Notes under the pieces: generated by a model | Seen by the model: only the letters and a program-made list of their open reading frames with translations | Told to the model about the DNA's origin: nothing | Database searches by the model: none | Position numbers and translations under genes: made by a program | Shown: positions 9,687 through 18,424 of the stretch, piece after piece | How the letters are laid out: each line of letters begins with the position of its first letter | Numbering within the stretch: position 1 is the stretch's first letter | Source of the DNA: Candidatus Dojkabacteria bacterium | GTDB taxonomy: Bacteria > Patescibacteriota > Dojkabacteria > SC72 > JAHDCA01 | NCBI GenBank assembly: GCA_030583845.1 | Contig: CP129478.1 | Location: 971,686-1,035,685, forward strand | DNA: 64,000 bases | Direction of reading: 5' to 3'

Positions 9687-9947
9687 TCAAAGCAAGTCTA
9701 AGATATCCTCATGCTCATTAAAAGAAACATCATCAACAATGTTATACATACACCAGAGCTTGCTTGAATAATCGTAGCCAAGATAATCGTTGTCACTGCA
9801 ATCAAATATAGGTAATACATGATTGCCAATGAAATCGCTATTCATTTCTTCTGTCGCTTTCAGTATCATATCACTCGACAGCTTACGGAGGATTATTGGT
9901 TCATCGTAGTCTGAGACATTTTCAGGGATACTCAATATCTGTTTCAC
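9687..9947 (-). CDS. Hypothetical small acidic protein (GTG start)
   Basis: 86-aa ORF with no motif. It is preceded by a separate 28-aa ORF at 9962-10048. Confidence 0.35.
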   Translation of the reverse strand: MKQILSIPENVSDYDEPIILRKLSSDMILKATEEMNSDFIGNHVLPIFDCSDNDYLGYDYSSKLWCMYNIVDDVSFNEHEDILDLL

Positions 9948-10202
9948 TAACCTGGGTAACTTTCAGGAGTAAACAATCTCAACTTTACCCACAAATGAGC
10001 TGTCTATTACTATATTGTCAGGATTACGGATCAGATCAGCAAGTTTCATGATATTTACATATTAGATTTACTAGTAATACTACCATATCGAAGTGTCATA
10101 AAAATTCCGAATCGATGAACTCTGCTGATTATCACTCGCAGTGTAGCAAGTGACAGTACTTAAACCCGTGATCTCTACTTGCCATCCACCTGCTTGCGTT
10201 AG

Positions 10203-10240
10203 TGTCAGAGTCAGAGTCAGAGTCAGAGTCAGAGTCAGTC
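10203..10240. repeat. Hexanucleotide microsatellite (GTCAGA), about 6 copies
   Basis: Direct reading of 'gtcagagtcagagtcagagtcagagtcagagtcag'. Confidence 0.9.
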
Positions 10241-10330
10241 GGGAGATCCTAAAGGATGCCTCTCGCAACGACTCCCTCAAGTTCGTCGTGCTCGAAAGCA
10301 CAGACTTATCACCTGCTTTGTAGCCTCATT

Positions 10331-10390
10331 GGTCACACTAATAAAGAAAACGACCACCTCTCGGTGGTCGTTTTCTTTATTAGTGTGACC
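10331..10390. repeat. Perfect 28-bp inverted repeat with a 4-nt loop (long hairpin), 3' of minus-strand gene 10493-11374
   Basis: ggtcacactaataaagaaaacgaccacc-tctc-ggtggtcgttttctttattagtgtgacc. It shares the 'aaaacgaccaccTYYcggtg' core with the hairpin beside tRNA-Pro at 11430-11470. Confidence 0.85.
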
Positions 10391-10492
10391 TCGCATCGTT
10401 TCGCTTTTAGGTCGGGATTCATAGGAGGAAACAAATTAACTCTACTTCACACTAAATTTTTGGTAAATATCTAGCCAAGGGAATCTTGGGAG

Positions 10493-11374
10493 CTACTCTT
10501 GACAATCAAGATCATTCGTCTTTAGTGTGGACAGTATCTCCTCAATTTTGTTATCAGATATTGATATATGTGAGATGAACAAATAAATATCATCTAACTC
10601 TATTTCATAAATATACTCTTCACCAACTAATTCAAATTGTACAGGAGTAACTATCTCATAGGAGTTGTATTTATACTTCGTAAATACGTGTCCGTTAAGA
10701 TCAACACTCCCAACCTTTTCAAATTCACCGGCAGATTGTGGCAGAAACACACGGACAAATTCTTGAAACTCGCTGTTGGATTGTACATATTCTTTTTCCT
10801 CTATGCTGATTCTAAATGAGGCAGTATCTTGCAGATACCTATCCTCTAGATAAACGTCAACCCCTGATGCTGAAATAGTATTGCATATATCGACCTTAAC
10901 CGGGGCTCCGCTCGAGAGCATTACATATGGTTCTGGTAGAGTTATCCCAAAGCCTTTAACCAAAAAATTTGAATTGCTCAAGTCTTGAGCCGAATATGAC
11001 GTCTCATTGTCATTTGCCCAAAACATTGTTTCAACACTCTCAAACCTACTTGGCATTCCACGAGTTAGCCACTCATTATAATTGATCATTACGTTATATT
11101 GCTTATACGTAAATAGTAGCGCAACTCCCAGTAAACTAACCATTACTCCCAGCAGAGTGACGTTTAGTTCTTTGCTAAAGGGCGATGACAAAAGAAGCAA
11201 TAATGCTACGATGAAAAAAGGCACTATAAAGTAGTAAGCTTCAAGTCCTGTGTGGTTTGTACGATTAAGTATGGGCCAACAAATCACTCCAATAAGAAGT
11301 AGTGAATTCAGAATCACTAAGAGTATCTGAGTGAATTTTACAAGGCGTGGTTTTGCGTTTAAATCTGTTTTCAT
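10493..11374 (-). CDS. Membrane-anchored hypothetical protein (2 N-terminal TM helices, extracytoplasmic domain)
   Basis: 293-aa ORF with N-terminal hydrophobic helices; no motif. Confidence 0.55.
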   Translation of the reverse strand: MKTDLNAKPRLVKFTQILLVILNSLLLIGVICWPILNRTNHTGLEAYYFIVPFFIVALLLLLSSPFSKELNVTLLGVMVSLLGVALLFTYKQYNVMINYNEWLTRGMPSRFESVETMFWANDNETSYSAQDLSNSNFLVKGFGITLPEPYVMLSSGAPVKVDICNTISASGVDVYLEDRYLQDTASFRISIEEKEYVQSNSEFQEFVRVFLPQSAGEFEKVGSVDLNGHVFTKYKYNSYEIVTPVQFELVGEEYIYEIELDDIYLFISHISISDNKIEEILSTLKTNDLDCQE

Positions 11375-11470
11375 GTTAGTCTTCTGATTTGATCTGCTAT
11401 TTCTATATAAATCCTGCTGCTATGACTCCACCATCACCAAAACGACCACCTTCGGTGCTCATTTTGGAGA

Positions 11471-11547
11471 TGGTCGGGGAGACAGGACTCGAACCTGCGA
11501 CCTCTACTTCCCAAAAGTAGCGTTCTAGCCATCTGAACTACTCCCCG
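11471..11547 (-). tRNA. tRNA-Pro (anticodon TGG)
   Basis: Perfect 7-bp acceptor CGGGGAG/CTCCCCG, D-arm TAGTTCAGATGGCTAGAAC, anticodon loop TTTGGGA, T-arm GCAGGTTCGAGTCCTGT, discriminator A and CCA. Confidence 0.85.
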
Positions 11548-11672
11548 AGTATTCAAGATTAAGCAACTGTGTATACAGTTGCGTGATCTTGATTTACGAG
11601 GCAGTCCTCTTGAGGACTCCCCGAGTACTTCTTGTGAGTCAAATTCTAGCTTAAAAAGCTCATTTTATCAAT

Positions 11673-12563
11673 CTATGGAACCAAGATCTTTACTACCTGC
11701 GGCATAACTTCCGCTACAATCTCATTGCCGCTAATTAATTCTCCGTCTACCTGGATATCGCTTTGGTGCTCTACAGTCAACCTTATCTTCTTTCCTCTTC
11801 TATGTGTCACGGTGTCGCTAAAGTCATCGAGATCCTTCTTGCTCACGAAGCGCTGCTCCAACAGCTTCGCGAAGTTTCGTGTCTTAAAAATTACAAGATC
11901 GAGATAGCCATCACTCGGGCTAATCATATTGGAAAGATTTAGTTGCCCAATCCCCATATTGCCCGAGTTAAGTATAGAGCATGAGTATCCTTTCTCAACA
12001 AACTTTTCTCCATCAACCTCGACATTGTACTCTATCTCTTTGCCAGCCTTGAATGCCTGCACCCCGGCTACCGAGTAGGCCAGCATTCCGAAGCGCTCCT
12101 TCATCTCGCGGCTAGCCATTTTCACCTTATCTGCGGCAAATCCCATTCCTACTCGCAAGATAAACTTGCTGCCATCTCCAAGCCTGCCCATGTCGACCTT
12201 CGTGTATCTCCACTCGCTTTTTGGCCTCGACAGTAGTGCTAAAGCTGCTTGACTATCTTGAGGTATCATAAGATCTTTTGAGAGTAAGTTTGCCGAGCCG
12301 CCTGGGATAATCGCTAGCGGGATAGGGGAGTCGATAAGGTATTGTGCTGCTGACATGACTGTACCATCGCCACCATATACAGCTATTGCGTCGGGCTTTG
12401 TTGGCAACAACTTCTTTACAAAGCTCTCAACATCTCCGCTCTTCTTCGTGATATGCAAATTCCACTCTGTCCCGTCTTCGTTCAGTGCCTTGTTGATATA
12501 GTACAAAATCGGCTCAGGCTTGCCGGATATCGGATTTACGATCAGCTCTATTCTTTTGCTCAT
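11673..12563 (-). CDS. Diacylglycerol-kinase-family lipid kinase (YegS/BmrU-like)
   Basis: 'AVYGGDGTVMSAA' (GGDGT catalytic motif of the DAGK_cat fold) and matching length. Confidence 0.75.
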   Translation of the reverse strand: MSKRIELIVNPISGKPEPILYYINKALNEDGTEWNLHITKKSGDVESFVKKLLPTKPDAIAVYGGDGTVMSAAQYLIDSPIPLAIIPGGSANLLSKDLMIPQDSQAALALLSRPKSEWRYTKVDMGRLGDGSKFILRVGMGFAADKVKMASREMKERFGMLAYSVAGVQAFKAGKEIEYNVEVDGEKFVEKGYSCSILNSGNMGIGQLNLSNMISPSDGYLDLVIFKTRNFAKLLEQRFVSKKDLDDFSDTVTHRRGKKIRLTVEHQSDIQVDGELISGNEIVAEVMPQVVKILVP

Positions 12564-12567
12564 GGCT

Positions 12568-13059
12568 CTACGGTTTAGAATTTAACTGCTCATAACGATT
12601 AATTCTCCTGCGGATATATTCTACGTCAGGATCAGCTATCATGCGCTGTCGTTTTATTAGCTCAACCGCCTCTTTTGCGCTAAATCCTTGGTTTATAAGT
12701 ATCGCTGCTGTCATAGCTACGCTTCTATGGCGTCCTTCCTTGCAATACACAAGTACATTTTTTCCTTCATCCAAGAACTCTTTCGCAATACCGGCGCCTC
12801 GTTTTAGCATCTTCATCGGTATTGGCAAGAACTTGTGGTCAAATGAAGGAAGCCAGACAACCTCAATGCTGTGGTTTGCTAGATGACGGGGAAGGTAGAA
12901 AATAGTAGAAATAATCAGATCTACGCCAAGCCTGTCGATTTCCGTTTCATCTATGCCTGAATTCCAAGCACCAATATAAAGCTGGTCTGTGATCCTAGAG
13001 ATATCTTTCATGTTTCTATTATACCTTAGCGAGAGCATAAATTGATCTAGTGACTGCAA
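12568..13059 (-). CDS. Dual-specificity / protein-tyrosine phosphatase
   Basis: CX5R active-site loop 'VYCKEGRHRS'. Confidence 0.8.
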   Translation of the reverse strand: MQSLDQFMLSLRYNRNMKDISRITDQLYIGAWNSGIDETEIDRLGVDLIISTIFYLPRHLANHSIEVVWLPSFDHKFLPIPMKMLKRGAGIAKEFLDEGKNVLVYCKEGRHRSVAMTAAILINQGFSAKEAVELIKRQRMIADPDVEYIRRRINRYEQLNSKP

Positions 13060-13088
13060 TCAGTAATTGATCGTATAATGGCAACAGT

Positions 13089-14063
13089 ATGCAAAACCAT
13101 AAGCGTTTATTGAAACTTGTTCAAAATATTCTAGTGGTAGCTCTCTTTGTCGGATCGATTTATCTTATAGCTATCAACCTAAATCTGCAGACGCTCATAG
13201 AGAAATCAGGTGAGATAAAGTTTTGGCCTACACTAGCGGTAATTTTGCTCTCAATCTTAGGGTCAGTTGTTAGAGGCTTAAGGCTGAGAGACCTTACCCT
13301 TATCCAGCTTCCACTAGGTAGCATGACTAATATCTCAATTGTTCATTCATATCTTGCCACAATGCTTCCGTTTAGACTTGGTGAGCTAGCTTTGCCTGCT
13401 CTGCTCAAGAAATTTGCAAATTACAGCCTTAGCAAGGCTTTTGGAAAGCTCGTATTCATAAGGATAATAGACACAGGTGTAATACTGATTGTTGGCGTTC
13501 TGCTTACCTTAGTGATATCTGGGCTTGGGTATATGAAAGTGGCATCAATGGTTACTTTTCTAGGGATTTTATTCTTTCTAGCAATTCTCAAGAGTGATTT
13601 TGCACTTAATATTATGCGGAAAATTCCAGGAATACGTAAAGGGAGCGGCATACTTGAGGCTGTAAACGAGGTCACTCACAAGCAGTACTTCCAAACATTG
13701 ATAACAACAGCGGCTGGGTGGGTAATCACGTATGCGGCTACATATTATGCTTTTCAGGCAGTTGGGCTTGATATATCACTTACCGTGCTTTTGGTTGCGG
13801 CAACGGTACTTACTCTTTCAGCAGTTATCCCGATCCAGACCCCGGGAATGGTAGGAACATACGAGGCGATTATGCTATTTGTATTCTCTCTCTTTGCAAT
13901 CAAAGGTGAAGGGATACTTGAAGCCATCGTGCTATCGCACATACTATCTATATCGATAAACACAGTCATAGCTGCGGTTTCTGGAGGGATACTCTTCGTC
14001 CAAGGGAAGAAGCTGGATAGAACGGCCGTTAGCCCAATAACACTCGAAGGTCTACAAGAATAG
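13089..14063 (+). CDS. Polytopic membrane protein (UPF0104 / flippase-like, tentative)
   Basis: 324 aa, about 8 TM; family assignment from general shape only. Confidence 0.5.
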   Translation: MQNHKRLLKLVQNILVVALFVGSIYLIAINLNLQTLIEKSGEIKFWPTLAVILLSILGSVVRGLRLRDLTLIQLPLGSMTNISIVHSYLATMLPFRLGELALPALLKKFANYSLSKAFGKLVFIRIIDTGVILIVGVLLTLVISGLGYMKVASMVTFLGILFFLAILKSDFALNIMRKIPGIRKGSGILEAVNEVTHKQYFQTLITTAAGWVITYAATYYAFQAVGLDISLTVLLVAATVLTLSAVIPIQTPGMVGTYEAIMLFVFSLFAIKGEGILEAIVLSHILSISINTVIAAVSGGILFVQGKKLDRTAVSPITLEGLQE

Positions 14064-14362
14064 GCTCATCAGCATTTTTGAAGCTTTCGCTACTTGCTGA
14101 GTTAGGTTTGATAAAACCTCGTGGTAATGATACTCCTCCAATAAAGGAGGCTCGAAATCCAAAGTAAGCTGATCCTTACTCATCTGGTTTTCATTTACAT
14201 TTTATTGCATTCAGACAGAAAGACTGACTAGCAGTGAAATTGAATTTCTATCTAGGGCAGGAAAGTGAGGCTGTAAGCCTCACAAAATTGAATGCGGGGA
14301 TATTATACCATAATCTTCGTGGTTTTTCACCTATCGCTGTAATTTTAGAATCTAACTGTAAG

Positions 14363-14638
14363 TTACAGAGGAAGATTCCCTAGAAAATATGCTTTAGCAC
14401 CGAATGTCTTAACCCCCGTAAATTCCTTGGGGTCGATCTCGCCAACAGCATGTTTCCACTCATAACCACTCAGTATCCAAATTACCTGAGTCGAGGTAAT
14501 GCCTAGTTTCTCACAAGCAGCCTGAATAACTTGTGAGTAGGTCGGTACAGGTCTGTAGCTTGAAAAAAGTTTATCTGGTGTGGTCGGTGTAGAGGAACTA
14601 ACTGTCTCACTATAATCCTGATCATACTCACCTACCAA
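14363..14638 (-). CDS. Hypothetical protein (weak ORF inside an 880-bp low-coding region)
   Basis: 91-aa ORF, no motif. Confidence 0.25.
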   Translation of the reverse strand: MVGEYDQDYSETVSSSTPTTPDKLFSSYRPVPTYSQVIQAACEKLGITSTQVIWILSGYEWKHAVGEIDPKEFTGVKTFGAKAYFLGNLPL

Positions 14639-14943
14639 ATCATTTTCTCGTCACAAATCAGGTTAACCCAAACAGCCATCTTATTTTGATTTTCATTTAG
14701 CGGATATCTACTTTCACTACTCATTTATTGCGGTCTTAAAAACTTAATCGTTAGCAACTCATGACTTACTTTACACCAACCTGCCCTTGATTAGCTACCT
14801 CCACGTTGCGATAGGTGAAAGGTTTCATACATTTAAAATCTAATGGAGGTTAAATACGCGGTTACGTCTCCCTCGTTGAGGCCAATTTTCAAATATTGCA
14901 ATGATCCAATATAATATAGCACGCTTAATATGATCATACTGAC

Positions 14944-15696
14944 ATGTTTGTTGTTAAAAATCTAACAGTTGCGCTCGACGAGAACGAGAAAAAGGTACTT
15001 GAATCAGTTAATATTTCAATAAACCCAGGCGAGATTCATCTGGTAATGGGTCCAAATGGCGCAGGAAAAAGCACATTGGCGAAGGCTCTAATCGGGTGGG
15101 ACGGTCTTAACTGTACTGGAGTGATCAAGCTGGATTCAACCGATATTTCTGATATGGAGATAGACACTCGAGCGCGGGAAGGGCTTTTCTATGCAGCACA
15201 GAACCCTGTTGAGGTTCCCGGAGTTCACCTGGTTGAATTTCTCAGAAATGCCTACAATTCAAGAAAATATGAGAATGAGAAAATTGACCCATGGAGCTTT
15301 ACTGAGATGTTTGAGGCGGTTGCGGATGAGCTGGGATTTGACCCTGACTTTTCAGAGCGAAACCTAAATGAAGGTTTCTCGGGCGGCGAGAAAAAAAAGT
15401 GCGAAATTTTGCAGATGATACTTTTGCGCCCAAGGTATGCAGTGCTTGATGAGATCGACTCTGGGTTGGATATTGATTCGCTAAAGAGAATATTTAGCTC
15501 CATCAACAAATTTGTGAAGGATAATGGCGTCGGGATCATCGTAATCTCGCACAATCCAAAAATTTTAGACTATATTCAGCCGGACAAAGTGCATCTCTTA
15601 AAGGGTGGAACAATTGTTGAAAGCGGAGACGGTACATTAGCTGAAAAAATCATCTCAAAAGGATATGCCGAAGAAAGCAAAGAGAAAACAGAATAA
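14944..15696 (+). CDS. sufC: Fe-S cluster assembly ATPase SufC
   Basis: 'GPNGAGKST' Walker A, 'FSGGEKKK' signature and N-terminal SufC-like 'VKNLTVALDE'. Confidence 0.9.
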   Translation: MFVVKNLTVALDENEKKVLESVNISINPGEIHLVMGPNGAGKSTLAKALIGWDGLNCTGVIKLDSTDISDMEIDTRAREGLFYAAQNPVEVPGVHLVEFLRNAYNSRKYENEKIDPWSFTEMFEAVADELGFDPDFSERNLNEGFSGGEKKKCEILQMILLRPRYAVLDEIDSGLDIDSLKRIFSSINKFVKDNGVGIIVISHNPKILDYIQPDKVHLLKGGTIVESGDGTLAEKIISKGYAEESKEKTE

Positions 15697-17053
15697 AGGG
15701 TTTGAGTTTCCAAAAGGCCTAAGTGAGGATGTAATTCGCAAGATCTCGCAGATCAAAGAAGAGCCCGATTGGATGCTTGAAATGCGTCTGGAAGCGTATA
15801 AGGTATTTCTGGAAAAGCCGATGCCTACTTGGGGGCCAGATCTTAGCGATATTGATTTTAATGATATCAAGTATTATGCAACAGCTGGCGATCGCACCCA
15901 CACATGGGATGAGGTTCCGGGGGATATTCGCCAGACATTTGATGATTTAGGAATACCCGAGCACGAGAAGAAGTTTCTAGCAGGTGTCTCTACACAGTAT
16001 GAGTCCGAGATAATCTACCACAATCTTCAGGAGCGGTATCAGGATAGCGGATTGGTCTTTGAAAGTATCGATGAAGGGCTCCATAAGTATCCGACGCTAT
16101 ATAAAGAGTATTTTGGCAAGCTGATCCCACACGATGACAATAAGTTTGCAGCACTTAATAGTGCAGTATGGAGCGGGGGGAGCTTCATATATGTGCCCAA
16201 AGGTGTGAAAATAGCTATCCCAGTGGAGACATATTTTAGAATTAACACAGAAAATATGGGGCAATTCGAGCGTACCCTCATAATCGCCGATGAAGACTCA
16301 GAGGTACACTATATCGAGGGATGCACAGCGCCACAATACAGCACCAACTCGCTGCACGCAGCTGTAGTGGAGCTTTTCGCAGCCAAAAATGCCCATATCA
16401 AGTACACTACGATCCAGAACTGGTCGAAGAATGTCTACAACTTGGTCACCAAGCGTGGCAAGGCTCAAGAAGGCGCTAGAATTGAATGGCTTGATGTGAA
16501 TATCGGCTCGAAGGTAACCATGAAGTATCCATCGGTAATCTTGGAGGGTGACAACTCGCGTGGAGAAGTACTATCTATGGCGCTCGCTGACAGTGGTCAG
16601 GATCTTGATACAGGAGCCAAAATGATCCACCTTGGTAAAAACACCTCCAGCATAATTGATTCACGCACGGTAAGCGTGGGTAGCGGAAAAGCCACATATA
16701 GAGGAATCTCGAGAATTACTTCAAGAGCAGCAAGTGCACGTGCGGTGGTTAATTGCGATGGGCTTCTGATAGACGAAGAGTCGAAATCTTATGCATACCC
16801 CCACAATATAGTTTCAAATGATAGCTCTACGCTTGAGCATGAAGCAAGCGTATCTAAGGTGAATCAAGAGCAGGTAAATTATCTAATGTCGCGAGGAATA
16901 CCGGCCGAAGAGGCACAGCAGCTGATAGTCACAGGATATGTAGACCCTGTAATCGATGAGTTGCCGCTAGAATACTCGGTAGAGCTAGAACGATTACTTC
17001 AAATTATTCTTAACCGTGAAGGAAAAGGACACCAAAAAACAGCAGCAAATTGA
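15665..17053 (+). CDS. sufB: Fe-S cluster assembly protein SufB
   Basis: 'YIEGCTAPQ', 'HLGKNTSSIIDSRTVS' and 'YLMSRGI'; overlaps sufC by 32 nt. Confidence 0.9.
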   Translation: MPKKAKRKQNKGFEFPKGLSEDVIRKISQIKEEPDWMLEMRLEAYKVFLEKPMPTWGPDLSDIDFNDIKYYATAGDRTHTWDEVPGDIRQTFDDLGIPEHEKKFLAGVSTQYESEIIYHNLQERYQDSGLVFESIDEGLHKYPTLYKEYFGKLIPHDDNKFAALNSAVWSGGSFIYVPKGVKIAIPVETYFRINTENMGQFERTLIIADEDSEVHYIEGCTAPQYSTNSLHAAVVELFAAKNAHIKYTTIQNWSKNVYNLVTKRGKAQEGARIEWLDVNIGSKVTMKYPSVILEGDNSRGEVLSMALADSGQDLDTGAKMIHLGKNTSSIIDSRTVSVGSGKATYRGISRITSRAASARAVVNCDGLLIDEESKSYAYPHNIVSNDSSTLEHEASVSKVNQEQVNYLMSRGIPAEEAQQLIVTGYVDPVIDELPLEYSVELERLLQIILNREGKGHQKTAAN

Positions 17054-17501
17054 TTTCGATAAGCTTCTTCAGGAGAAAAGCATCGAAATCGAGGTAAAGG
17101 AGAGCACAGATTTCCTAATTATGCAGAAGCTAGATCTTAACAATGAGCAGCCTGAGCTACTTCAGTTACGGTTTCTATTCGCTAAGCAGAATGTCAGCTC
17201 AGATATATTTATTAGGCTTGTGCTTGTCGGTATGACCAAGATCGACCTGCGGGTAGTTATATTTGCCCCAAATGCAATAAGCGGCATCTCCTCGAAGCTT
17301 GATATGAGGGCACTTATGCTGAGTGAGGATTCTTCAATACAGTTTGTGCCTACGCTTGAAATAGATGAAAAAGAGGTGTCGGTGGATCATAAATCAGCGA
17401 TTGGTCGTCCGGATAGGGCGATGCTGCAATATATGCTATCCAGAGGTGTAAATGAGAAGGCGGCAATAGGCTTAATTGCTGATGCTTACCTACGTTTGTA
17501 G
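17016..17501 (+). CDS. sufD: Truncated SufD-like protein (C-terminal SufBD domain only, 161 aa)
   Basis: 'DHKSAIGRPDRAMLQYMLSRGV' parallels the SufB/SufD C-terminal motif; overlaps sufB. Confidence 0.55.
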   Translation: MKEKDTKKQQQIDFDKLLQEKSIEIEVKESTDFLIMQKLDLNNEQPELLQLRFLFAKQNVSSDIFIRLVLVGMTKIDLRVVIFAPNAISGISSKLDMRALMLSEDSSIQFVPTLEIDEKEVSVDHKSAIGRPDRAMLQYMLSRGVNEKAAIGLIADAYLRL

Positions 17502-17603
17502 CTTATCACCCCGCTATAGGACTTCAAAAAAAGTAAATATAAGTTGTGCAATATTGTAATCCCCCCTATACTTAAAACGACTAAATTGTGAGCGTAAATA
17601 AGT

Positions 17604-17753
17604 ATGGACTGGCTATCAATCGGTTTGGGAATTTTACTGGGAGCAGTCGTTTTCATCGTAATCGCCAAGCTGTTTAAATTTGCTTTGAAGACAGCGATAT
17701 TTATCACAGTAGTCGTGCTCGGATTATACTTTTTAGCAAATTACATTTTTTAG
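17604..17753 (+). CDS. Possible small two-TM membrane protein (49 aa), not in the ORF track
   Basis: ATG...TAG reading 'MDWLSIGLGILLGAVVFIVIAKLFKFALKTAIFITVVVLGLYFLANYIF'. Confidence 0.3.
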   Translation: MDWLSIGLGILLGAVVFIVIAKLFKFALKTAIFITVVVLGLYFLANYIF

Positions 17754-17838
17754 ATATTACAGGATAAAAGGGGAATGTTTGGTAATGGGGATGAAGATAG
17801 TAATTCCGGTGGCACAGTAATTTAGAACATTCTTAGGG

Positions 17839-18408
17839 ATGACGAAAGAGCGTGAGATTGAATTAATACTTAAATCAAAAGAAAATATAGAGTACTTCCG
17901 TGAGGTATATGAATTCTACTTGCCTAAAATATTTGGCTATTGTATCAACCGACTTCCGAATAGAAACATTGCAGAAGATATCACCAGCAAGGTGTTCCAT
18001 GATGCTGTTAAGCAGATAGATAATTACCATCCAAGAGATGGCATCCGTTTTGGGGCATGGTTGTATAGGATTGCGCACAATAAGATTGTTGACCATATCC
18101 GCAAAGAGTCGAAGCGGAATCATACTGAGCTTAATGAGCTAATTGGTTCAGAAGAGCCGAACCATGAGAGAGAGGTAGTAGTATCTGAAGCTCAGATACG
18201 TGTTGCGAATGTTATGGCTAAGCTTGCTCCTCGCTATCAGCAAGTCTTGTCCTTACGATTTTACTCGGAACTAGATATTTCAGAGATAGCGGAAGTTATG
18301 AAACTCAAAGAGAATAATGTCTCAGTGCTACTTCATAGGGCGTCAAAGGCCTTTAAGCAGCAATTTGAGAAGGAATACTCAGAGAGTGAAATATCTGAAT
18401 TATTATAA
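17839..18408 (+). CDS. ECF-type sigma-70 family RNA polymerase sigma factor
   Basis: Region 2 'LYRIAHNKIVDHIRK' and region 4 HTH 'LDISEIAEVMKLKENNVSVLLHRASKAF'. Confidence 0.85.
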   Translation: MTKEREIELILKSKENIEYFREVYEFYLPKIFGYCINRLPNRNIAEDITSKVFHDAVKQIDNYHPRDGIRFGAWLYRIAHNKIVDHIRKESKRNHTELNELIGSEEPNHEREVVVSEAQIRVANVMAKLAPRYQQVLSLRFYSELDISEIAEVMKLKENNVSVLLHRASKAFKQQFEKEYSESEISELL

Positions 18409-18424
18409 CGATATATAACAAAGT

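Noticed and set aside
10080-10301. 73-aa ORF containing (LT)6
   Set aside because: Generated by the hexanucleotide microsatellite and therefore unlikely to be coding.
14100-14320. Possible RNase P / SRP / tmRNA gene
   Set aside because: 'AGGAAAGT' and 'ACAGAAAG' strings are present, but in the wrong order and spacing for RNase P RNA. No tRNA-like 3' end or SRP domain IV motif was found.
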